64,000 nt of DNA, from NCBI GenBank assembly GCA_965287045.1, contig OZ336886.1, forward strand, positions 39,680,001-39,744,000, written 5' to 3'. The position numbers and the translations under genes are program-made. The notes below the pieces were generated by a model, which was given only the letters and a program-made list of their open reading frames with translations, was not told where the DNA came from and searched no databases. This document shows positions 27,422 through 39,759 of this stretch, piece by piece (within the stretch, counting starts at the first letter, position 1; every line of letters starts with the position of its first letter). This stretch comes from Carcharhinus amblyrhynchos. Taxonomy: Eukaryota.

Positions 27422-28054
27422 CACCCTAGCACCCACAGTCAGCCTCCCCAACAGCCACCAGAAATGGAGTTGGTGGAAAAGCAGATTCCTGAGCAGCAGC
27501 CCAGGATGACAGCTTCCACTTCAGACAGAGAGCTGTGATGCGAGGCAACTGTGTCCTGGACTTTAAGGAGGTCCTGATCAAAGACAGGCAACACCTGCAA
27601 GAATCTCCAAAGACCCCTCATGTCTATGACACACAGCTCCTGTTCATAGTTCAGGCTGTGTACCTGGCTGAAGAAATATGTTGCCAGGGCACACCAAAGG
27701 GGGGATTTAACATAGCACTATGGCCAGAGGAAGTGGGCTCAATAGTTTAGGAACAGGCTGATGAGAGCAAATTGTAGGAGAGGATGCACTACTCAGCCAA
27801 CCTATTAGCATAAGGATTGGCAGGAAATGAACCCAATATATTATTTGCCTGGATTGCTTGGTAAGTCAACACATGGTGCACTTATCCACCAAGCTACTTT
27901 GGCTTTTCCATGTAGATGATCACAGGTGTGTTCAACAAACCTCAGTATTTCGGAACTCTAAAGAGCTCATTAATCTGCTTGTTATCTCCAAGGATCCACT
28001 AAAATGAATTGGTAATAACTTGTCCAGTTAAACGGTTGTGCTTCCCCGCTAGAT

Positions 28055-28175
28055 TGTCCAGTAACTCTTAAGAGCTCATTAATTACCTGTCCTGTTTCTC
28101 TATGGAGCTAGTTAATTACCTGTCTGGTATCTCAATGGAGCTCGTTAATGATATGTCCAGTATCTCCACAGAGCC
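28055..28175. repeat. 33-bp minisatellite, about 3.5 diverged units
   Basis: gagc recurs at 28072, 28105, 28138 and 28171; unit resembles gagctcgttaattacctgtccagtatctctatg. Confidence 0.85.
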
Positions 28176-29297
28176 TTTGATAACACATTTTTATTATATT
28201 GAGCTTTCTTTTACCACTTGTCAAGAGCTGCAAATTGAGAAATTTTCACATAATTTGTACTATTTTTTGGTAATTTTGTCTCAGACTTTTCACATTAACA
28301 AAGGTTAATAGATTGTCAGAAGAAAAGTCATCACACGGCCATGTTTTTGCAGCTGAATAATATTCCACAATCTACTATAAAGTAATACATTTCTCTGGCC
28401 ACAAATCTCATCACAATTTAGTAATTAGCAGTTACTAAAACTGTGACAGATTGTTAATGCAGCGAGAAAGAGCATCATTGAACCAAGCAAATCTGGTTTT
28501 CAGTTTCTAGACAAAAACCAGATTATGGTGGCGATTTACTAAAATTAAAAAACATATTAAATGGTTAGGATATTAAACTTAGTACAGTTTTTAAAAAGTG
28601 CTTTAAACTTGGACATTTTGGCAAAGTACATCAACATTTTTATTCATGTTCTAAATGGTTTACCAATGGGATACAAAAAAAAAGCAATGTTTCAAAACCT
28701 ACATAGAAGAAGCAACATAGGCAGAAGAATAAAATTTATGAAAAATTTGAATAGTTTTCTAAGTGCACACCCTATTTAATATTACACTTGAAATTATTAA
28801 ACTTGTGGCTGTTGCTTAGAAGAGATTTTTAGAAATGGCAAACATTAATCTTGATGGATTAAAATACTTGCTCCACCAATGACAGAACTAGCTAATGTGG
28901 ACAGAGTGCAGCACTTTGGAGAGACTAGTTTACAGTCACAATACTAGGATGAGTCATTTATTACTTTAATACACCCTAAAACTAAATATCCAAAAAAACT
29001 GGAAGCTTAACAACCAATAGAATCTTTGGGTGAGAGAAGGAAAGAAAGAAAGAGTAGGGGAGCAGTAGTGATCAAGGAGAATTACAGTACTGGAGGGAAG
29101 AGGATGTCCTGCAGAGATCAAGAACAGAATCTATTTAGTGAGAGTGTTAAGAAGCAACAGGGTTGACATTACTGTAATGGATGCACTTAATGGCAACCAA
29201 ATAGTAGGAAAGATATAGAGGAGCAAATTTGCAGGGAAATTACAGATTATGTGCAAGAATTATAGAACAATGATAAAGGAGGGCTTCAATTATTTTA

Positions 29298-29505
29298 CTG
29301 AAAGCAAAAATGCTGGAAAATCTCAGCAAGTCTGGCAGCATTTGTCAGAAGAGAAAAGAGCTGATGTTTTGAGTCCAGAAGGGTCATCTGGACTCGAAAT
29401 GTCAGTTCTGTTCTCTCCCTACAGATATTGACAGACGTGTTGAGATTTTCCAGCATTTCCTCTTTTGGTTTCAGATTCCAGCATCTGCAGTAATTTGCTT
29501 TTATT
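29298..29505. mobile_element. Penelope-derived inverted-repeat element
   Basis: aatgctggaaaatctcagca...gaagggtcatctggactcgaaatgtcag...tgttgagattttccagcatt, tail tttcagattccagcatctgcag. Confidence 0.6.
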
Positions 29506-29589
29506 CAATTATCCTACTATAGATTGGGATAGTAATAATATAAAAGGCGGGGGGTGGTGGAGTTGGTGGTGTGGTGAAGAGCAAGCATG

Positions 29590-30525
29590 TTCAGGAAAGC
29601 CACCTTCTTGAACTGCTGCAGTCCATGTGGTGTAGATACACCCACAGTGTTGTTAGGAAGGGAGTTTCAGGATTCTGACCCAGTGACAGGGAAGGAATGT
29701 TAGTACAGTTCCAGGTCTGGAAGATATGCAGTTTGAGATTGAATGTGAAAGTGGTGGTGTTCTCATGCACCTGCTGCCCTTGTCCTAGGTGGTAGAGACT
29801 GTGGGTTTGGAACAGCCTGGTGAATTGCTGCAGTGCATCTTGCAGATGGTACACACTACTGCCACTGTACATCAGTGGTGCTGATGGTGGGGTGAATGCC
29901 AATCAAGCAGGCTGCTTTGTCCAGGATGATGTTGAACTCCTTGAGTGTTGTTGGGGTTGCATTCACCCAATTGGAGAGTATTCCATCACACTCCTGAATT
30001 CTGCCATGTTGGTGGTGGACAGGCTCTGAGGAGTCAGAAGGGGAGTTACTTGCGATAAAATTCCCAATCTCCAAACTGCTGTTGTTGACACGGTATTCAT
30101 ATGGCTGGTCAAGTCCAGTTTGTCAATTCTAATCCCCAGAATGTTGACACTGAGGGATTCAGTGATGACATCACTGAATGTCAGAGGGAGATGGTTGGAT
30201 TCATTTTTGTTAGACACGGTCATTGTATGGCACTTAAGTAGCACGTTACACTCATGTCACACATCAGCTCAAGCTTAAATGTTGTCATGTCTTACTGAAA
30301 CAAGGAATTATAAGTGGTAAACATTGTCAAGAATGGGAATGTTGGCTGATGAGTGCACAATATAATGGATGGTCACTGATGAAGCAGCTGAAGATGGGTG
30401 GGCCAAGGGCACTACCCCGAGGAACTTCTTCAACAGTGTCCTGGTACTGAGATGATTGACTTCCAACAACCACAGCCATCTTCCTTTGTGTTAGATATGA
30501 CTCCAACCAGTGGAAGAGTACCCAC
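29590..30525 (-). mobile_element. Degenerate CR1/L2-group LINE RT and C-terminal fragment
   Basis: WLESYLTQRKMAVVVGSQSS...VPRGSALGPPIFSCFISD and RSVMEYSP motifs. Confidence 0.7.
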
Positions 30526-31544
30526 CCCAATACACAATATAATTTAAAACAAAGTCATGAACCAAGCTGATGTTACCTGCGAGGTTGTCCTAACTTGAAA
30601 CACTGACTTGTACAGTTTTGTTATTGGAACGGTGGGGGGAGTTATGTGAAACACCCAGCAAGATACCCAGTCTACGTCATCATACAACAATTATTAAAGA
30701 CTATATATTAAAAACACAAATACACAAACAGGACTACAATACTTTAAGACAATTAAGTGTACAAATCATTAAACAGTTTATGTAGAAATTACCCCTGTTC
30801 CAAATTATATCTATGATTGCTGAACTCCTCAAGTCTTCCCCTTCCCAATTACATCCAAATTGAATAAACTACATAAATCAAATCCAGCTTATAGTTATCA
30901 CACAACATGGCTAAGGATCAATCTGGGAAAATGTCTTTTCCTGCTTCAGCAAAACTACTTCAACAAAGGTTTCTGCTCTGCCTTCGACTTAGATGGAGGT
31001 CTAGCCTCCGGACTGTTAGACGTAAAACTAAACTGTCTGCTTCAGAGGGTGCTGGTGATTATATAATTTTTCCTCTTTTGTTCTTCATTATGTTGTCTGC
31101 ATCTCTCAAATTCCTTGACTTGAGAAATTAGCATGTGTGTGCCTCCACTGATCTCTCAGTCATCTTGGTAAGCTGTTTTGTACTAATAGGGCAATTTATA
31201 CCTGCTTTTAAGCAAGATGCCTGCTAATCTCATTACTGAGAAAAATCACAACTTTTGAATGTTGACTACTACTGTTGCTAGGCAGATCATGCCTTGTTAA
31301 ATTCTTGTTGCTGCTGTCACTAGGCAGATCCGTGGCACTATCAAAATATATGTAGCTAATTGCATTTGGATCTTTTAACTTGGACAACCAATTTCTCAGG
31401 ACATTGTTTACTCTATGAAAGTAAAGTGATCTAACCTCGCAGACTTGTTCCCAATCTTTGAACAATTCTCTCCATTCTAAATATGGGAAAAAGTGTAAGC
31501 AGTTCAGGACCTCAAGTCTGTGCCACCATGCGATTAAAATTAAA

Positions 31545-32480
31545 ATGTATATTTTATATTGCACCTTTCACTACCACCAGGTGTCCCAAAGTGCTTTAAA
31601 GCTAATGAAGTACTTTCAAATGTATAGTCACTGTTGTAATGGAGGAAATATATAAATATATAAATACATACAGGAACAAACGTGGGGAATTGTGCTTAGA
31701 GGCAGAGGGAATGGGGGAGATCCTGAATGAATACTTTGCGTCGGTATTCACAAAGGAGAGGGGCTTGATGTCTAGTACGGTCATTGAGGGAGTGGTAGAC
31801 CGATTGAAAGATTATTGATTACGAGGGAAGAAGTGTTAGGGCTCTTAGAGGGCATTAAAACCGATAAATTTGCAGGGCCTGATTGCATTTATCCTAGGCT
31901 GCTTAGAAAGGTGAGGGATGAGATTGCTGGGCCTCTGACGCAAATCTTTGTCTATACCCCTTCCTATAAAGGCTAACATACTATAGGATTTCTTCACCAC
32001 ACTCTCCACTTGCACTGCCACCTTCAAAGACTTGTACACTTGCACCCCCAGGTCTCGCTGCGACTCTATACCCCTTACGGGCTTACCCTTTATCATAAAC
32101 CCTGCCCCTATATTATTCCGGCCAAAATGCATCACCTCACATTTATCCGGATTAAACTCCATTTGCCACGTATCTGCCCAATCAACCAGCCTATCAATAT
32201 CCTGCTGTATTGCCAGTTATTTATATAATAAAATATATATAAAGTAGGGATAATGCTACTGCTCTTCTTCAAAACAGTGCCATGGAATCTTTTATATCGA
32301 CTTCATAGAACAGACAGAGCCTCGCTTTAACATCTCATCCAAAAGATGGCACCTCCAACTACAGTACTCTCTTGCTACTCCATTGGACTGTCATCATTGA
32401 CTTTTATGCTGAAGTCCTGCAATAGGATTTGAACCCACAACCTTGAGTAAAGTGTGCTAACAACTGAGCCAAAGCTGATA
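31545..32480 (-). mobile_element. Deu-domain SINE interrupted by the rearranged CR1
   Basis: tcccaaagtgcttt..gctaatgaagtactt / gctcttcttcaaaacagtgccatggaatctttt...catctcatccaaaagatggcacctcc...ttgaacccacaacc match the reverse DeuSINE consensus as recalled. Confidence 0.65.
31665..32205. mobile_element. Rearranged CR1: + strand ORF2 segment fused to a - strand downstream ORF2 segment
   Basis: 31665-31949 (+) gives GEILNEYFASVFTKE...GPDCIYPRLL...EIAGPL. 31950-32205 (-) gives MEFNPDKCEVMHFGRNN...MLAFIGRGI. Confidence 0.75.
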
Positions 32481-32509
32481 TATTAAATAAACCACGGCGG
32501 ATCTGTGTG

Positions 32510-35500
32510 AATCATACAAATTTATGGCATAGAAAAGAGTGATTCAGTCCACCATATCTGTGCCAGCCAACCATTAAAAAAAAAGCCAATCTCACTTTTC
32601 AGCTCATGGTGCAGAGACTTGTAGGTTTCGGTCAAGTATACATCCAAGTACTTCTTAAATGTTATGTCTGTTTTCTGCCTGTACAACCCTTTAAGACAGT
32701 AAGTTCTAGACCTCCATTACCCTGTGGGTGAAAATATTTTTTAACTCCCTTTTTTAACCTTGTCCTAATTACTTCAAATCCTTGCCCTTTGGTTACTGAC
32801 CTTTAATGTTAAGGTCCTTCCTATCCAATTCCTATCGAGACCCCTCAGTTAAAGCTTTTCCAGCCTCCTCTATTTTAACAGAGCAATGTTGATCTAACTA
32901 GATTTTCCTTATGGCTTAAATTCTCCAATTCTGGCAATATCTTTGTAAATCTCCTCTATACCCCAGTGAGATTACATCTTTTCTGTGATGCTTCTATGCT
33001 TTCCACAGATGTTGTTCGCATGATTTTTTTCTGCTTTGTTACGATGAAAAATGGCAGACGGTGCATGTGTATAGAGGGGAGCTGAACAATTTTTTTTTAG
33101 AGTTATGATGATTGAAAAGGGATACAGGTGACCAATTTAATCAGCTTCTCGAGTCTTCTGCAATTTGTGGCTGATAGGAATCTTAAATAAATTCACATGG
33201 GTTTGCGAGCATGCAGTGTCCACGCACGATAACTAGCAAGAATCCACTGATCTCCCATTTAAAATTACTGGTTGAGGTTTTTGTCGAAGTGTTACACACT
33301 ATTACCACCCTTTGTGCTTAATGGCCTACTTCTGGCAAGGCAGTTTTCTTATCCTAGGCTCCCCCACCAGAGAAGCTTTCTCTGTATCTTAAACGCATCA
33401 AATCACCCTTTGTAATGTGGAATACAAGCTTAGTTTATGGAATCTCCTTGTGGTGAAACCAATACAGCCCTCATAATATTCTGGTGAATCTGCATTGCAC
33501 AACTGCCAATATTATTATATCCTGAGATGCAGTGCTAAAACTACTCTATACTGCTCTACATAGGGCTTTCTAAAACCACTGCAGAAACACTTCTTACCAT
33601 TATAATCTAGCCCTAGAGATATAGTGGTTAGAGATGTAAGAACCAAGGGACAGAATCTCAAACAAGGGATATGCCATTTAGGACTGAGACAAAGTGGAAT
33701 TTCTTCACTTGGAGAGAGAATTGAGAGTTATCCCCCCCAACTGCCAAGATGGTTGCAGAGATTGTCACTGAGTATATTCAAGGCAGAGCTGGTTAGATTG
33801 CAAGATATTAAAAATATCAAGGGAATGGGGATTGTGTGTAAAAATGGCAGACATTGACAACCAGCCATGGTCTAGTTGAATGGTGGAGCAGGCTTGAAGG
33901 ACCAGATGGCCTATTGCTGCTGCTATGTTATGTACAGTAGCTGTGGACTAACTCATGTTTTACACCATTCTAGAACGACCTGTATGCCCTTACATTCTAC
34001 AGTTTGGTCAAGAAAAGGTATTCTGTATGGCCTCTTAACTACCTTATCGACCTGTCCTGCTATCTTCAGTGGTCTGTGAGTCCTGCTCCTCTATACTTCA
34101 GCATCCTACCCTTGTGTATCCCATTGCGTAGTTTACCCTCCTCAAACGTATTACCTGTCTTCACCAAAACTGAAATCTATTTGCTGCTTTTCTACACACC
34201 TGACCAGTCCATTGACATCTTCCTGCAGCTCTCCTCATGAATCAATCACACTGGTTTTGTATCATCTGCAAATGCCTTAATCATAGATTTCAGTTACTGA
34301 GATATATGATGAAAAACAAAGCAAGAGATTGAATACAGAGCTCTGTAGAATTCTACTGGAAACAGCCTTCCAGTCTGAAATACAGCTGTCAACCATTGCA
34401 TCTGGCTTCCTGCCACTGAGCCAATTTGGGAGTAAACTTGCCATTTACTCTTTGATCCTGTGTCCTACTTTTCTGCCCAGACTGCCACGTGAAACCTTGC
34501 CAAAAGCCTCACTAAAATTCACGTGGGTTACATCAAATGTGCTGCCCTCATCAATCCCCCTTGTTACAGCCTCAAAAAAATTCAGCTAAGCATCTTAATG
34601 CCCTCTACCTGCCATGGCTCCAAATCTTTTTATAGTTTTGCCTAACAAAAAACAATCAAGATTTAATATTAACTGAGCAAGCATTTACTGCTTTTTCAGG
34701 GAGGGAGTTCCATATTTCTCTTCAATGGCCTGGCTCTGATTTTAAAAGACTACGTCTCCTTGACCTAGACTTACCCTGCCTATGGAAAGATTCTCTGTCT
34801 CACAATTATTTTCAAAATTCTTAAACCTGAATCAAATAATCCCTTAACCTTCTGTAGTCTGTCTTCATAATCTAACCCTTAGAGTCCTGAATGTTCTGGT
34901 GAATCTGTTCTGCAATCCTTGCAAGGCCTATATATTCTAAGGTGTGGTGCCCAGAACTACATATGGTGTTCTAAACGTGGTCTAACCAGGTCTTCTAATA
35001 GCATCGGCAAAACGTCTCTTTATATCCCAGCTCTCTAACATTCCAATAGCTAGTTTGATTTTTTGTGCATGACTATTGTGTTTTGGTGATTCATGTCCAT
35101 GGACCCCTTCATCACTTTGGATCTCTTCTGTTCCTAGCTGTTCAGCATTTAAATGATACTTGGATTCTATCTTTTATTGGTCCAAAATGGAAGAATTACC
35201 TACGTTGAATTCCATCTGTCTCAGTTTTTCCCTACTAACCTGATCTTGAAATGTCTCTAATTTTCTGCTCCCATCTTCCATACTTCTCAGTATTCAACTA
35301 ACCTTTGCATCACTGACAAACTCAAATATGTAGCTCTCTACTGTGTTCTTCAATTCATCAGCAAATATGGTGAAGCCTCAACACATGGGTCCTTGTCAGA
35401 CATTACTAATCACTTCCTTTAGATTCAAATGATACGATTATCCTCACTCTTGTCCTCTAACTTGGTCATTTGTCTTCAGTTCTATGAGCTTTTAGTTTCC

Positions 35501-35780
35501 AGTCTCTTATGTGGAATCTTATTGAACCCTTTTGTGCAGTCCATGTAAGCTACATTAATTAACATTCTCTTGCCTTCTACTATATTATTTCCATAAAAAT
35601 TCAATTTGGCTCATAAGACATGACTTCCCTTTTACAAATCCATGTTGGTTCTCTCTAAATTAGTTCAAATTTTTCAGTGCTTGGCCACTCTGTCCTTAAT
35701 AATAGATTCCAATAATTTCCCCACAACAGAAGCTAGACCAACAGATATAATATCCTGGATTTTCTCTTCCACCTTTCTGA
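32510..35780. mobile_element. Cluster of old, decayed CR1 fragments in both orientations
   Basis: CR1 3'-end motifs (tgaatggtggagcaggcttgaagg) and reverse RT motifs (ccttgccaaaagcc, catctgcaaa). Confidence 0.6.
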
Positions 35781-37061
35781 AATAATGGAATGCAAGAAGC
35801 ATAGGTTGACAATGTAGAATGCAGACGAGGAGATAATTCCTTTGGAAGACATCAAAAGCATCAGGCTATGGTCTACATAATTCTCCTCCCTGCAAATAAA
35901 GGGCATCTCTTCTGCAGACTAATGGGGCAGTTCATTTCCAGTGTCACAGATAAATTATACAATATGGTAAGTTATACAGAAATGTAATATCTAAAAACAC
36001 AGTAACTATACAAAGAAATTCCAATGGGACTAACTTTGGTATGTAAAGAATGAGTTTATTAGAAAAATAAGGAAGACCCCATGTGGCAAGTAATCTTACT
36101 TCTTCATCATTCAGGAGCCTCCACATACCAGAGTATACAACTCAGCACCGATTAGGAGGAAAACTGTTTCATCTAAACCAGGAGGAACACACTTGTAGTC
36201 AAAACAGACTTCCAAAACTGCAAAGCATCTTTGGCTGAAAATTGAAACAGAAATGTTTGGTGAAATTTTGGGACCACAATTGTTGTCTGTAGCGATATCT
36301 CCAAAAATTAGCTCAAGATGTGGTCCCCATGGAATGGTCCTTGAATCTCACTGAAGGTTTGCTTTCTATCAATGTTTTGTGCATCCAAATAGTCACTTAG
36401 CTATTCTGTTTAGAAACAAAAGGTGTTTCCCATAAGTACAGCGCAGACATTTTAAACAAACGTGTTAGGCATATCAACTGCAAGTCCTCTGATTTCAGAG
36501 ACATTAGATGAATCCACAGCAATTAGCATTATGGTTTTCGTATCAACATTTAAACGAGTTCAATAATTTGGGAATGTGAACAATAATGAGTACACAAGCT
36601 TCAAACAAATTACAGACTTTTCTTATACCTCCAAATTGTCTCAGGAGATTGGGACTTCTGTACAACAGAAAATTATGAGAAAGCCACTTTGGAAGGGTTT
36701 GAGATAGCAAATAGCTACATGTCTATTAATGCAGGTTTGGCATAGTACAGCAACTGAATATCATTCAGATCTTGCCCCAGAGTAGAACACTTAAGATATG
36801 GTTAAAAATTGTAGTAGTATTTGCCCAATAGTTAAAGTTATCATGGTACTCAAGAAATCATTCGTACTATGATTTGTACTAAAACCATATTTCCAAGTGC
36901 TGTAAGTCAATTTTTTTTCCTTTCTGTCCAGCCAATTCAATACATTAGTTAGCATGCAAATACTTCCAAATTTGTACATGAAAATTAAGCAAATCTCAAC
37001 CCAAAAATCAACAAAAGTCTGAAGTGCAACAAATTGAAATTGGACTGCATTTACAACACAA

Positions 37062-37278
37062 ACAAACTGCCAGAAATTCTCAGCAGGTTCAACAGCATTG
37101 GTGGAGAGAGAATACAGCCAATACTGAGTCTGGATGAACCTTTGCCAGAGCTGAAGGGTCACCTAGACTTGAAACGTTAGCATGACTGTCTCTCACAGAT
37201 GCTGTCAGACCTGCTGAGATTATGCTGCATTTTCTGTTTTTGTTTCAGATTCCAGCATCCGCAGTAATTTGCTTTTAT
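37062..37278. mobile_element. Penelope-derived inverted-repeat element (same family as 29298)
   Basis: ctcagcagg...ctgaagggtcacctagacttgaaacgttag...cctgctgag; shared tail tttcagattccagcatccgcagtaatttgcttttat. Confidence 0.6.
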
Positions 37279-39030
37279 ACTGCTTTTAATTCAGACTGAT
37301 GTGCGTGCATTCTGGATGATTTCCCTTTGTGCACTGGGTGTAAGATCAAATTAGGTTTAAGATGATTGCGTTTAATATTTCACTATACCGACTGCAAAGC
37401 AGAAGTCTTGTATTTTAAGTTTGCCAGAATTGTTTATTTATAATTTCAAATTTGCCTGTGGAGTCTGCATCCAGAGTTCAACATTAGGTAAATGAAATTT
37501 CAGTACTTGTGCAATATTCCTGCAGTATTTTCAAATCTTTCAATAGTTAGTGATGCACATATTTGCAGCTTTTTAAGAGTAAGAAAATGAATGTGTTTTT
37601 CAGAGAATATTAGTAATTAAAATGGATAACATTTTCAGCATTGGGGCATAGCTTTTGATCCCAGTGTACTGGGAGAAGAAGCGACATCACAAAACATATA
37701 TTGTGTATGTTTGCTGTTTAAATAGTTAGACCTATGACTGTAAGCACATCGAAACATTGCAATAAGCTGCCAATATAAACTTGCGAATATCCATACATAA
37801 ACCATTATTATTTCTGGAAGAGAGAAAGGCTTGATTTTTTTCCCCCCCCGATCCAGCAAGAGATTTGTGGTTGACCCCAAATCCACTGCCAGGATATAGT
37901 TAACTTTTGAATTCACAAAGTCCACTTCAGTGGTCTTTCCTGATAACTTTTTTTATGTCTTATCCACTGAGCAAACACATTCTAGCAGACATCTTTTCCT
38001 ACTTGGCTTCTTAATTTTGAACCTGAATGCCAGAACTTGTCTGTGCTGCTCCAAATTTTACTCTCTTGTAGCTCCTAAGCTACAAATTTTCTCCCAGCAA
38101 ATTAAAAATGAAATAACTTTTAAGCTCTCCACAACTTTTTCTCTTCCTAGTACTGTTGACATGCTATTAGAATCAAGTTTTGGTGCTATTTAAATTGCTT
38201 CCACCGTATACCATGTCTTCTCTTTTAGTTTTTGTAACTTGGAGTAATTATTATGGCATAACATTTAACACCTGTTTCTCAGTTTATACTTTGAATGCCA
38301 CTGAAATGGAGGAAGGAAACAACAAAAAAAATATAATTTTGCAGGAAATCTATGATGTGCAAATAGTTTGAACTAGGATTTAACTTTTACTTTAAATGAA
38401 CCTCCTGTGACTTTATGATATAGTTCAAAACTACCTACAAAAATGTTAAATTAAGAACGCCCATAAATCTAATCTTAGTAGTCAGTTGCCCATAAACAAT
38501 TATGGTTCTACTTTTTTGATCTGCTAACTTAAGTATTTGATGGGTGTATGTAGACATCATTACAAGTGGAAAAGATATTATACTTGTTCATAAATTGTCA
38601 AAACAAATTTGATGACTAATGCAAATTTATTCTAGCCAAGTTGGCAAATCTTTGTATTCATCAAAGCCAAAAAGCTTTAAAGGAACAGAGAGTCTTTCAG
38701 CTGAATCCATGGCCAGCCAATTCAAAATGTCCTTGCAGGTTTTGACATAACCTGCAGTCAAAAGATTGTTATTCTTTACATACATACTCTACATAATTAA
38801 ACTTTGCTAACAATATATAAAGCATAATAGTAGTGGTTCTTATAGTGAATGAATGATTCAATACATCTTCAAATATGAATAAAATTTAGTGGCAGATCTG
38901 ACACCAGATGGTCTTTAGGGAGTTTTATTCTATTGTGACAACTATTGTTCAGATTTAAGGCCACACAAAAGTTAATTCATATAGTTGGATGCATAAGCTT
39001 GCAAAGATAAATTTAAAAAAATGTACTCAC

Positions 39031-39517
39031 CTGGACACACCAGCTGCACTGTAGTTTGAGGCAAATGGGTTTTTGGAATCAAAACTGCCGTGAAAATTTC
39101 CAGAAAACGGGTTTGGTGGCTTTGCATCACTAAAACCTTCTGCTTTCATGTTGGTAATCTTTTCAGGTTTTCTGACATCTTTCTTGCCAGTCACACGTGC
39201 AAAAAGGCTAATTTTCTCCTTCTCTTTGTCTCTCTTGGTCTCTCTTTTAATTTCTGGATGTCTATAATTTGCTGTGGTTTCTAAATGTGTGTCTTTGATC
39301 CACCATGTGTCACTGCTATTGTCGAAAGGGTTTCTGCTTCTTGGCAATGTTGCAGCCTTTTGTGGAACATACACGCTTTCCTTTGAAAATGAATCAGCTG
39401 TTGACTTTGTTGGATCACTCCCATTCTTTGTGACAGAAACTAGGTCAAATTGGTTCACCTTGGAGGTATCCATACTTTGTGATCTCCTGTGAGGTGATTT
39501 TGCGAGGGGGTCATTTC
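39031..39517 (-). CDS. RAB11FIP2: RAB11FIP2 coding exon 3 (central NPF-motif region)
   Basis: Translates (G)NDPLAKSPHRRSQSMDTSK...PQKAATLPRSRNPF...KEKISLFARVTGKKD...NPF...NPF. Acceptor ttattgcag|GA and donor CCAG|gtgagt. 487 nt, phase 1 in, phase 2 out, compatible with exon 2. Confidence 0.93.
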
Positions 39518-39659
39518 CTGCAATAATGTTAATTGGGTGAAAATACTTAAGTCTAAGCCTTAATTTATACGGTATTTAAATTGTGCATCAGTAAAACACA
39601 AATTACTGAAATAGCTTGAAGAACATCTTCCAAAAGTGGAAAATGCAAATGATATATAC

Positions 39660-39665
<6 letters not shown>

Positions 39666-39696
<31 letters not shown>
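39666..39696. repeat. (AC)n microsatellite
   Basis: Seen directly. Confidence 0.95.
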
Positions 39697-39701
<5 letters not shown>

Positions 39702-39759
39702 AAATATGTAATAGTTTAATAGCTCTGATTTTGAACTTTAAAACAAATGTTAAAAATGA

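Larger units (their letters stand above)
26190..27790 (-). mobile_element. Degenerate Tx1-clade LINE 3' portion
   Basis: LPVFDQDLLKV, GDLGWRLVHTAVP, LHSLFSYLK..LL.FCLHFSLTLLIY and LLLGLAK resemble Tx1 ORF2 C-terminal motifs; frameshifted. Confidence 0.65.

Noticed and set aside
28055-28175. 33-bp periodic repeat as a CRISPR-like array
   Set aside because: No unique spacers and no cas genes; vertebrate context; it is a simple diverged tandem repeat.
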